NCBI GenBank assembly: GCA_028282585.1
Contig: JANQHR010000052.1
Location: 24,363-88,362 of the forward strand
Origin: Bacteroidales bacterium
Lineage (GTDB): Bacteria > Bacteroidota > Bacteroidia > Bacteroidales > UBA12077
Direction of reading: 5' to 3'
DNA: 64,000 bases
The notes under the pieces were generated by a model that was not told where the DNA came from, did no database searches, and saw only the letters and a program-made list of their open reading frames with translations. Positions within the stretch are counted from its first letter, which is position 1; each line of letters opens with the position of its first letter. This document shows, piece after piece, positions 46,542 through 55,147 of this stretch. A program made the position numbers and the translations under genes.

Positions 46542-47702
46542 ATGAATAAAATTTACACAATAGCAGACAACATAATATCATCTTTGGGCTTTACAAGCAA
46601 AGAAAACTTTGAGAACCTTAAGCAAGGCATATCTGGAATCAAACAAACATCAGACCCTAAAATTACACAGGTTCCAATGCAATGTTCTTTAGTTAATACA
46701 GAGAAATTAAATTCGGAATTTGAAAAAATTGGAAAACCTGAAGGATATACACGCCTGGAGAAACTAATGATATTATCTATCGCAGATTGCTTAAAACAAT
46801 CAGGTGTAGATTCTACAAGTGAAGACACTTTGTTTATTTTTTCATCGGTTAAAGGAAATATCGATTTAATTGAGGATGAAAACCATCCTTTTGAAGAAGA
46901 CAGAATAAACCTGTGGGCAATATCTGATGCAATTTGTAATTTCTTCAAGGCGAAAAATGAAGCAATTTTTGTATCGAATGCATGCATTTCAGGTGCCACA
47001 GCTATCATAACGGCAGCCCAATATTTATCCGCTAAAAAATATAAAAATGCCATTGTTTGCGGTGGTGATATTATTTCTGAATTTACACCTTCTGGTTTTC
47101 AATCGTTCAAAGCAGTGAGCGAAGAGCCTTGTAAACCTTTTGATGCAAACAGGAATGGTATCACTTTAGGCGAAGGTGCTGGTACAATTATTTTAACTGC
47201 TGATAAAGATTTAGTTAAAGAAGAAAATCCAATAGTTTTCAGAGGTGGGGCAAATACAAATGATGCAAACCATATTTCAGGGCCATCGAGAACTGGAGAT
47301 GGATTATATTATGCAATCAGAAATGCACTAAACCAAGCAAATAAAACCAATACTGAAATCGACTACATTTCGGGGCATGGAACGGCAACTCCATACAACG
47401 ATGAAATGGAATCGAAAGCCATTTCATGGGCCGGGCTTAAACATGTTCCCGTTAATAGCCTGAAAGGCTACTGGGGGCACACTTTAGGAGCTGCAGGAAT
47501 CATTGAAAGTATTGCTGGAATTCATTCTATAAAGGAAAACTGTTTAATAAGAACGAATGGATTTTCTGAACATGGTGTTAGTGAAGCAATTAATGTAATC
47601 AATGAATTTAAGGAAACTGAAGTAAAGAATTTCTTAAAAACAGCTTCTGGTTTTGGTGGTAGTAATGCCGCAGTTTATTTTTCTGAATTAAATGCTGATT
47701 AA
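46542..47702 (+). CDS. beta-ketoacyl-ACP synthase
   Basis: SNACISGATA, GHGTATPYND, GHTLGAAG, GFGGSNAAVYF. Confidence 0.85.
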   Translation: MNKIYTIADNIISSLGFTSKENFENLKQGISGIKQTSDPKITQVPMQCSLVNTEKLNSEFEKIGKPEGYTRLEKLMILSIADCLKQSGVDSTSEDTLFIFSSVKGNIDLIEDENHPFEEDRINLWAISDAICNFFKAKNEAIFVSNACISGATAIITAAQYLSAKKYKNAIVCGGDIISEFTPSGFQSFKAVSEEPCKPFDANRNGITLGEGAGTIILTADKDLVKEENPIVFRGGANTNDANHISGPSRTGDGLYYAIRNALNQANKTNTEIDYISGHGTATPYNDEMESKAISWAGLKHVPVNSLKGYWGHTLGAAGIIESIAGIHSIKENCLIRTNGFSEHGVSEAINVINEFKETEVKNFLKTASGFGGSNAAVYFSELNAD

Positions 47703-47737
47703 TTAGAAAATTGAAAATAGAAAATTATTAGAACATT

Positions 47738-48172
47738 ATGTCTTATATTAGAATTTGGTTACATTGTGTTTGGGGAACTAAAAAGCGAATTCCTTTTCTA
47801 ACAAAAGACAATAAATGGGATATTATAAACCATATTAAAGATAATGCAAAGGCAAAAGGCATTTACATAAATTTTATTAATGGAAACAAAGAGCATATTC
47901 ATTGTATAATTTCGCTTAAGGCTGATGAAGCCTTATCTAAAACTATTCAATTAATTAAGGGAGAATCTTCATTTTGGATAAATAAAAACAGTTTATCAAA
48001 AGGTAAATTTGAATGGGCGGATGAATACTTTGCTGTTTCAATTAGTGAATCTCAAGTGCCTAAAGTAAGGGATTACATAAAGAATCAAGAAGAGCATCAT
48101 AGCAATAAAACATGGAAAGAAGAATATGAAGAATTTATACAAAAGTATAATTTCGAAAAGATTAAGGGCTAA
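47738..48172 (+). CDS. IS200/RAYT-like Y1 (HUH) transposase
   Basis: IWLHCVWGTKKRIPFL, the HUH motif EHIHCIIS, and a catalytic Tyr region VRDYIKNQEEHH. Length is 144 aa. Confidence 0.8.
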   Translation: MSYIRIWLHCVWGTKKRIPFLTKDNKWDIINHIKDNAKAKGIYINFINGNKEHIHCIISLKADEALSKTIQLIKGESSFWINKNSLSKGKFEWADEYFAVSISESQVPKVRDYIKNQEEHHSNKTWKEEYEEFIQKYNFEKIKG

Positions 48173-48197
48173 AGCCCTCGTTATTTTGAGGATTTAT

Positions 48198-48221
48198 AAC
48201 CCCAGCCTTAAGGCTGGGGTT
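48198..48221. repeat. GC-rich REP-like hairpin next to RAYT gene
   Basis: aaccccagcc-ttaa-ggctggggtt is a perfect 10-bp stem. It starts 25 nt after the transposase stop. Confidence 0.6.
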
Positions 48222-48277
48222 AAAGAAAATACCCTTGAATGGACTTTAGTCCCTTAATTTACTTAATTACCACGTTT

Positions 48278-48907
48278 ATGGAAAACATCATATCAAAATA
48301 TTGCATTATACAACCGCATAAGGTTATAGTTGATGGAAAATCAGAATTAATCGATCCTGAGAAAAGCGAATTCGGAGCATTCATGAAATCCATCTATAAA
48401 CATTACGATATAAAGTATCCAAAGTATTTTAAAATGGATAACCTATGCAAGATTGCTTTTATTGCATCCGAAATTGTATTGAAAGGAAATGAACATATCA
48501 AGGAATTGGACCCTACCAAAGTAGGTGTGATTTTACAAAACTCGCATTCATCCATAGATACAGATACTAAATACAACGATACTATTAAGGATAAATCAAA
48601 CTACTTTCCAAGCCCGGCAGTATTTGTTTATACCTTGCCCAACGTAATGATTGGCGAAATTTGTATTCGAAATAAGTTTCAAGGTGAAAATACCTGTTTT
48701 ATAGCCAAACAATTCAACCCCGAATTTGTAACTGAATATGTAGGCGAACTGTTAGGTTCTGGCAAGTTAGATGCTTGTATTGCCGGGTGGGCAGATTACA
48801 TGGATGGAGAATACAGTTCGATGTTGTTTTTAGTTGAAAAAAATAAGGAAAATAAAAAAGATAGTATTAGTTTTAACCCCCAAATCATAAATGGATTAAT
48901 TAAGTAA
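48278..48907 (+). CDS. short ketosynthase-N-terminal-like protein of APE loci (no catalytic triad seen)
   Basis: SPAVFVYTLPNVMIGEICIR segment and its position before ACP-KS-CLF. The track start is ATG 48239; ATG 48278 (MENIISKY) is preferred. Confidence 0.45.
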   Translation: MENIISKYCIIQPHKVIVDGKSELIDPEKSEFGAFMKSIYKHYDIKYPKYFKMDNLCKIAFIASEIVLKGNEHIKELDPTKVGVILQNSHSSIDTDTKYNDTIKDKSNYFPSPAVFVYTLPNVMIGEICIRNKFQGENTCFIAKQFNPEFVTEYVGELLGSGKLDACIAGWADYMDGEYSSMLFLVEKNKENKKDSISFNPQIINGLIK

Positions 48908-48913
48908 ATAGAA

Positions 48914-49168
48914 ATGGAAGAGTTAATTTTAAAGATTAAAGAACAAGTAATAGAGGTATTGAATTTAGAAGATATTGAGCCAGCAGATATTGATACAGAT
49001 GCACCATTATTTGGTGATGGTTTAGGGCTTGATTCAATTGATGCATTAGAATTGATCGTATTATTAGAAAAACAATATGGAATAAAAATCGAAGACCCAA
49101 AAGACGGAAAAAAGATTTTTTATTCAATTAGGACAATTGCTGAATACATCGAAGAAAAAAAGAAATAA
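48914..49168 (+). CDS. acyl carrier protein
   Basis: LGLDSIDALELIV motif. Length is 84 aa. Confidence 0.85.
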   Translation: MEELILKIKEQVIEVLNLEDIEPADIDTDAPLFGDGLGLDSIDALELIVLLEKQYGIKIEDPKDGKKIFYSIRTIAEYIEEKKK

Positions 49169-49189
49169 TATTTGATAAAGGATTTGTAG

Positions 49190-50389
49190 ATGTCAAAGAG
49201 GGTATTTGTAACAGGCATAGGAATTATATCAGGAATCGGAAATAATGTAGAAGAAACACTTCAATCTCTTAAAGAGAAAAAATCCGGAGTAGAAGATATC
49301 AAGTATCTTCAAACCAACCACAAAGGTGTCATTCCTGTTTCGGAAGTAAAGTTATCTGAAGAAGAATTGATTAAAAGAGCCGGATTGCCTCAAGGTGAAC
49401 CTTATACTCGATCGACTCTAATTGGTATAATTGCTGCTGACGAAGCAGTTAAAAATGCTCAGATTAATGATATCAAAGAATGTAAAACCGGATTGATATC
49501 CGGAACTACTGTTGGTGGAATGGACAAAAGCGAGCTTTATTACAGAGACCTTTTAGAAACTACAAACCATATCGAATATATCGAAACCCACGATTGTGGT
49601 GATAGTACTGAGCGAATTGCTGATTACATTGGGATTAAGGATTTTGTTTCAACTACAAGTACTGCGTGTTCATCCGCTGCTAATTCAATGATATTAGGAG
49701 CCAGAATGATCAAAAACGGTTTACTAGACCGTTGTGTTGCAGGTGGAATCGAATCATTAACCAAATACCACATGAATGGCTTTAACACATTAATGATTCT
49801 TGACCGTGAACCGTGTAAACCTTTTGATGAAAACAGAAAAGGTTTAAACCTTGGTGAAGGAGCTGCCTTTCTGGTGTTAGAATCTGAAGAGATGGTTCAA
49901 AAATCTGGTAAAAAAGTGCTTGCTGAATTAACGGGTTATGGAAACTCATGTGAAGCTTTCCATCAAACAGCTTCTACTCCTGAAGGTAAAGGTGCATATG
50001 CAGCCATGAAAGAAGCTTTGGAAAGAAGCGGGTTAAAGCCGGAAGATATTGATTATGTGAATGCTCATGGTACAGGAACAGATAACAATGACCTTTCAGA
50101 AGGAAGAGCTATTGAAAACATTTTTGGTAAGAATATTCCTAAGGTAAGTTCAACTAAATCGTATACCGGGCACACAACAAGTGCTGCAGGTGGTGTTGAA
50201 GCAGTTATATCAGTTCTTACCTTACAGCACAACATGATTTTCCCGAACCTGAATTTTAAAGAGCAAATGAAAGAACTTAAATTCAAACCTGTAACTGAAG
50301 TTATAGAAAATGTTAAGGTCGACCATGTACTATCCAATTCTTTTGGTTTCGGAGGTAATAATTCAGCGTTAATTTTCTCAAGATATTAG
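49190..50389 (+). CDS. beta-ketoacyl-ACP synthase II-like
   Basis: STACSSAANS, NAHGTGTDNND, GHTTSAAGG, FGFGGNNSALIF. Confidence 0.9.
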   Translation: MSKRVFVTGIGIISGIGNNVEETLQSLKEKKSGVEDIKYLQTNHKGVIPVSEVKLSEEELIKRAGLPQGEPYTRSTLIGIIAADEAVKNAQINDIKECKTGLISGTTVGGMDKSELYYRDLLETTNHIEYIETHDCGDSTERIADYIGIKDFVSTTSTACSSAANSMILGARMIKNGLLDRCVAGGIESLTKYHMNGFNTLMILDREPCKPFDENRKGLNLGEGAAFLVLESEEMVQKSGKKVLAELTGYGNSCEAFHQTASTPEGKGAYAAMKEALERSGLKPEDIDYVNAHGTGTDNNDLSEGRAIENIFGKNIPKVSSTKSYTGHTTSAAGGVEAVISVLTLQHNMIFPNLNFKEQMKELKFKPVTEVIENVKVDHVLSNSFGFGGNNSALIFSRY

Positions 50390-50390
50390 T

Positions 50391-51455
50391 ATGGAAGTTT
50401 ACATAAAAGGCATCGGTAATATATCTCCTCAAAATACTACAGATAGCAAAGTATTTTTAGATGAAGTTGTGAATCACGAATCTGATTTTCTTTCTTGTAT
50501 TGAACCCAATTATAAAGAATTTATTAATCCCATTCAGCTTCGCCGAATGAGTAAACTGATAAAAATGGGGATCAGTGCTTCAAAAATTTGTTTGCAGGAT
50601 GCTGGTGTTGAAGAACCAGGTGCAATTATTACCGGAACAGGACTGGGGTTGGTTGGTGATACTGAAAAATTCCTGAACCAGGTTTTAGACCATAATGAGG
50701 AACTTCTTGCCCCCACTGCTTTTATTCAATCAACGCACAATACAATTAGCGGGCAGGTTGCAATTGCCTTAAAATGCTTTAAATACAACAATACATACTC
50801 GCACCGCGGTTTTTCCTTTGAAAGTGCGCTTTTAGATGGAATGCTGTTGGTTGAAAATAAGGATGCTGGCCATGTTTTGGTTGGCGGTTTCGATGAAATC
50901 ACTGGTGAACACTATAAAATCATCAAAAAAACAAAGTGGGTAAAAGATGAAACTATAAAAAGCCTTGAACTAATTGATCATAAAACGCAAGGAACCATTG
51001 TTGGCGAAAGTGTTGCTTTCTTTACGTTAACTGGTAAGAAAGATGAAAACACGTACGCAAAAATTCAAGATATTAAGACCATATATAAACCTGAAAACAA
51101 CCATGAAATTGAAACTAAAATCGATGAATTCTTAGCTAAAAATAAGCTAAAAAAGCAAGATATTGATTTGGTGGTTTTAGGTTTAAATGGAAACGTTGAC
51201 ACTGATGATGTTTACCTTCATCTAGCAGATAACTATTTCAATACAAATTATGCTTATTTCAAGCACCTTTCCGGTGATTACCACACGGTTGGTTCATTTG
51301 CATTATGGTTTGCTGCAAATTCAATTAAACATCAGAATGTACCAGAAGTAGCTCGTTTCAGAAAAGAAAACTTTACTGAAAAACCAATAAAAAACGTATT
51401 GGTATACAATCATTTTAGAAAAGTTGACCATTCAATATTTTTATTAACTCAATGA
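50391..51455 (+). CDS. Cys-less ketosynthase partner (chain-length-factor-like)
   Basis: KS-fold segments (LRRMSKLIKMG, ITGTGLG) are present, but the active-site position reads QSTHNTISG. It starts 2 nt after the KS gene. Confidence 0.7.
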   Translation: MEVYIKGIGNISPQNTTDSKVFLDEVVNHESDFLSCIEPNYKEFINPIQLRRMSKLIKMGISASKICLQDAGVEEPGAIITGTGLGLVGDTEKFLNQVLDHNEELLAPTAFIQSTHNTISGQVAIALKCFKYNNTYSHRGFSFESALLDGMLLVENKDAGHVLVGGFDEITGEHYKIIKKTKWVKDETIKSLELIDHKTQGTIVGESVAFFTLTGKKDENTYAKIQDIKTIYKPENNHEIETKIDEFLAKNKLKKQDIDLVVLGLNGNVDTDDVYLHLADNYFNTNYAYFKHLSGDYHTVGSFALWFAANSIKHQNVPEVARFRKENFTEKPIKNVLVYNHFRKVDHSIFLLTQ

Positions 51456-52213
51456 TCAAACCAAGAACTACATTCGTTCTTTACATCATTGTTTTAATCC
51501 TGGTTTATCTCTTTCTTCCATGGAAAGGGATATTTTTTACTCTATTAACAGTCTTATTTTTAGCTCATTTAGTTTATTGCTCGGTAAATATTTGCTCTCA
51601 AGCTTACATTAAAACCTTTTGCAAACGCGATACACAAGAAAAAAAGATAGCCATCACTTTTGATGATGGGCCGGATTCAGAAATTACTCCGAAGGTTTTA
51701 GAGATATTAGACGAGTTCGCTGTAAAAGCTACTTTCTTTTGTATCGGAAATCAAATCGAACGCAATAGAGATATCTTAAAAGCGTTAGATTCAAAAGGGC
51801 ATTTAATTGGTAATCATAGCTATTCGCACGAGTTTTGGTTCGATTTATACCCGGCAAATAAGATGCAAGAAGATATTAAAAAAACAAATGGACTGATTTT
51901 TGAAACAATTGGTAAAAAAACGAAGCTGTTCCGCCCTCCTTATGGTGTTACAAACCCTTCTTTAAAGAAAGCTATTAAGGATTTAGGTTTTAATACTATT
52001 GGATGGAGCATACGTTCTTTAGATACTGTAAGCAAAACTGAAAAAACTATTCAACGAATTAAGAAAAAATTATCACCGGGAGATATGATATTATTTCATG
52101 ATAACAGAGAACAAATAATTCTAATCTTAAAAGAGTTTATAGATTATACCAAATCCGAAGGATATGAGATTGTTCCTCTCGACGAATTATTAAATATACA
52201 AGCTTATGAATAA
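51452..52213 (+). CDS. polysaccharide deacetylase (NodB homology) with N-terminal TM helices
   Basis: ITFDDGP and HSYSH motifs. It overlaps the upstream gene by 4 nt. Confidence 0.8.
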   Translation: MIKPRTTFVLYIIVLILVYLFLPWKGIFFTLLTVLFLAHLVYCSVNICSQAYIKTFCKRDTQEKKIAITFDDGPDSEITPKVLEILDEFAVKATFFCIGNQIERNRDILKALDSKGHLIGNHSYSHEFWFDLYPANKMQEDIKKTNGLIFETIGKKTKLFRPPYGVTNPSLKKAIKDLGFNTIGWSIRSLDTVSKTEKTIQRIKKKLSPGDMILFHDNREQIILILKEFIDYTKSEGYEIVPLDELLNIQAYE

Positions 52214-52844
52214 GATATTAAGTACTATAATCAGCCTCTTTTTATTTATTACCATTTTAAATGCTCAGGAAAATGGATTTTCTAAGGTTAAGGATATGGA
52301 AAAAACGAAGTCGGATTTATCAAAATTAACAGAAAACACTTCAGCCATAAAGAGTCAATTTGTACAGGAAAAACATCTAAGTTTTTTAACTGAGAATATA
52401 AGGTCAAAAGGTGAATTTTACTTCAAAAGCCCTAATTCGCTTCGTTGGGAATATTCAGAGCCATTCGAATATATTATCGTATTCAATGATAAAAATATTA
52501 TGATTAAAGATGGTGCTAAAATCAGCACATATGATACTGAATCAAACAAAATGTTTAGCGAAATCAATAATATGATGATTGGTACTATTCAGGGCAATTT
52601 ATTTACAGATAACGAACGGTTTGATGTAGAATATTTTGAAAATGCTTCTCAATATTTGCTTGAACTGGATCCCAAATTACCTGAAATGAAAAGTATGCTG
52701 AAAACAATCAAAATATTCATTGATAAATCAGATATTTCAGTGGCTAAAATTAAAATGATTGAAAGTTCAGATGATTATACCAGTATTGAATTCATAAACA
52801 GAAAACTGAACCAGGAAATAAAAGAATCCATCTTTAAACTATAA
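52206..52844 (+). CDS. LolA-like outer-membrane lipoprotein carrier protein
   Basis: Signal peptide. FVQEKHLSFL ... KGEFYFKSPNSLRWEYSEPFEYIIVFNDKNIMIKDG matches the LolA pattern. Confidence 0.7.
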   Translation: MNKILSTIISLFLFITILNAQENGFSKVKDMEKTKSDLSKLTENTSAIKSQFVQEKHLSFLTENIRSKGEFYFKSPNSLRWEYSEPFEYIIVFNDKNIMIKDGAKISTYDTESNKMFSEINNMMIGTIQGNLFTDNERFDVEYFENASQYLLELDPKLPEMKSMLKTIKIFIDKSDISVAKIKMIESSDDYTSIEFINRKLNQEIKESIFKL

Positions 52845-52862
52845 CTATTTTACTTTTTAATA

Positions 52863-53552
52863 ATGAATATTGAACACCGAACACCGAATCTAGAAATAAA
52901 ACAAATCTTTCGTATTTCGTCATTCATAATTCGATATTCGGTATTTCTAATTATTGTATTTCTATCAAGTTGTGCCAATCCCCATAAAAATCTGCCAAGT
53001 ACTGAATTAAGAGTATCAGAAATTAAAAATATCCCTTATGCCCTTCCTTATACCGATAAAGCAATCATATACAAAACAGATATCAGCTTTTATAAAAATG
53101 ATATTAGTGGATTATTGATCATTAAAAGAACAGACGAAAATGTATATCGTATTGCTTTAACCACCCAATTCGGCTTAAAGATATTTGATTTTGAATTGAA
53201 CCATGGAGAACTCAAGGTAAAGTATTGTGTTGAATATTTAAATAAAAAAGTAATCCTAAACACATTTGAAACAGATTTCAACCTGCTTTTATTGCAAAAC
53301 AAATTTGATAGCATACAAAGAATACAAAACCAGAAACAAAATCAAACTATCTGGCAATTAAAATCGGGCAAATTAAACTACAACTATATAGAGGATGTAA
53401 ATTCGCAAAATGTTGTACGCATTAGCTTTAAGAAGAGAAATTCTGAAAAAATTTCAGTAGGTTTGTATGCGTACCGAGGTGATATTCCAGGAGAAATAAA
53501 GTTGGAGCATCACAACATAAAACTAAAAATGGATTTAAAATTGATTCAATAA
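52863..53552 (+). CDS. hypothetical lipoprotein (LolB-like position in APE loci)
   Basis: Lipobox FLIIVFLSSC. The first ~25 codons overlap a repeat element, so the true N-terminus is uncertain. Confidence 0.45.
   Translation: MNIEHRTPNLEIKQIFRISSFIIRYSVFLIIVFLSSCANPHKNLPSTELRVSEIKNIPYALPYTDKAIIYKTDISFYKNDISGLLIIKRTDENVYRIALTTQFGLKIFDFELNHGELKVKYCVEYLNKKVILNTFETDFNLLLLQNKFDSIQRIQNQKQNQTIWQLKSGKLNYNYIEDVNSQNVVRISFKKRNSEKISVGLYAYRGDIPGEIKLEHHNIKLKMDLKLIQ
52864..52946. repeat. gene-less inverted word-repeat element related to the cassette 3 flanks
   Basis: 52864-52883 gaatattgaacaccgaacac matches the reverse complement of 46485-46504 at 18 of 20 positions. The right arm attcgatattc (52928-52938) matches gttcgatattc (46494-46504) at 10 of 11. 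Confidence 0.55.
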
Positions 53553-53926
53553 TGCTTTTAAAAGATTTTTATACCCTTGCTGAATTAGATAAAAGTGATC
53601 AAGAAAACTTCAAAGCCATCATCGATCTAAATAAGGATCATGAAGTATACAAGGGCCATTTTCCAGGCAATCCTGTTGTTCCGGGCGTTTGCTTAACGCA
53701 ATTGATAAAGGAAATCATGGAGACTGCTGAAAACAAAGAATTGAACCTTGTTTATGCCGATAATATCAAATTTATGTCAGTTGTAAATCCTGAGGTAAAC
53801 AGCAGGCTTCAGATCGACTTGAAAGTAAAATACGATGACGAACAAAACCTAATTAAGGTAAATAGTGTTACTCATTTTAACGATCAGGTTTTTTACAAAT
53901 TTAAAGGTAACTTTAGGGCAAAGTAA
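53552..53926 (+). CDS. FabZ-like 3-hydroxyacyl-ACP dehydratase
   Basis: YKGHFPGNPVVPGV contains the catalytic His motif of FabZ/FabA. Length is 124 aa. Confidence 0.75.
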   Translation: MLLKDFYTLAELDKSDQENFKAIIDLNKDHEVYKGHFPGNPVVPGVCLTQLIKEIMETAENKELNLVYADNIKFMSVVNPEVNSRLQIDLKVKYDDEQNLIKVNSVTHFNDQVFYKFKGNFRAK

Positions 53927-53938
53927 AATTTTTGGGGA

Positions 53939-55147
53939 ATGGATTTGGAAAAGTACCGCGAGATATTTAGGGAGAAAAAGTGCTGTGTAATTATACCCAC
54001 TTATAATAATGATCAAACCATTGAAAAAGTTGTTTCTGATGTGTTGAAATATACCAATCAGGTTATTGTTGTTAACGATGGATCAACAGACCAAACAGGC
54101 GATATTTTAAGCAAGATCAGTGAAGTTGATGTTGCAAGTTATCCTAAAAACAAAGGAAAAGGGTACGCTTTAAAAACCGGCTTTAAATATGCATGGAAAA
54201 GTGGTTATGAATATGCAATCACCATTGATTCCGACGGGCAACATTTTGCTTCGGATTTGCCAAAATTTGTAGAAGCCATTAATGAAAATCCAAATTCCAT
54301 TATAATTGGAAATAGAAATATGGAACAGGATGGTATTCCTGGGAAAAGTAGTTTTGGAAACCGCTTTTCCAATTTCTGGTTTAAGTTCGAAACTGGAATT
54401 TCAATGCCTGATACCCAATCAGGATACAGGCTTTATCCTTTAAAGCCATTGAGTAAAATGCGCTTGTTCACCAATAAATACGAATTAGAAATAGAAGTTA
54501 TCGTAAGAGCAGCCTGGAGAGGTGTTGACGTAACTCATCTTCCAATTCAAATTTATTATGCCCCGAAAGAAACAAGAGTTTCTCATTTTAAACCTTTCAT
54601 AGATTTTACAAGAATAAGTATTTTGAATACGATTTTGGTTATTTATGCATTGCTAGTTGCTAAGCCCTTTGCTTTTGTTAAGAAATTAAATAAAAAGAAT
54701 ATCCAGGAATTCTTTAGAGATCAAATATTACAAAATAAGGAACCAAATATCAAGATTACATTTGCCATTATGCTTGGTTTGTTTATGGGTGTTGCACCAG
54801 TGTGGGGATACCAGATGCTGATTGCTTTTGCTTTAGCGCATATTCTAAAATTGAATAAAGTGATTGTATTAGTTGCTTCTAATATCAGCATCCCTCCTAT
54901 GATTCCGATTGTACTTTTTGCCAGTTTTAAAACAGGAGGATTTTTTGTTGAAGCCAATAAGCTTAACCTGCGCTTTGATTCAAGTATTAGTCTGGATTTA
55001 ATTAAGGACAACCTAACTCAATATGTTGTTGGTAGTCTAGTATTTGGAATTTTACTAGCTTTAACCTTTGGTATTGTTACTTATATTTTACTTCTTATCT
55101 TTCGGAAAAAACCGGTATTACAAAAAGAGTATGTTAAATTAGATTAA
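53939..55147 (+). CDS. family 2 glycosyltransferase fused to C-terminal membrane (DUF2062-like) domain
   Basis: CVIIPTYNN, VVNDGSTDQT and IDSDGQH (DxD) motifs, followed by four TM helices. Confidence 0.8.
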   Translation: MDLEKYREIFREKKCCVIIPTYNNDQTIEKVVSDVLKYTNQVIVVNDGSTDQTGDILSKISEVDVASYPKNKGKGYALKTGFKYAWKSGYEYAITIDSDGQHFASDLPKFVEAINENPNSIIIGNRNMEQDGIPGKSSFGNRFSNFWFKFETGISMPDTQSGYRLYPLKPLSKMRLFTNKYELEIEVIVRAAWRGVDVTHLPIQIYYAPKETRVSHFKPFIDFTRISILNTILVIYALLVAKPFAFVKKLNKKNIQEFFRDQILQNKEPNIKITFAIMLGLFMGVAPVWGYQMLIAFALAHILKLNKVIVLVASNISIPPMIPIVLFASFKTGGFFVEANKLNLRFDSSISLDLIKDNLTQYVVGSLVFGILLALTFGIVTYILLLIFRKKPVLQKEYVKLD

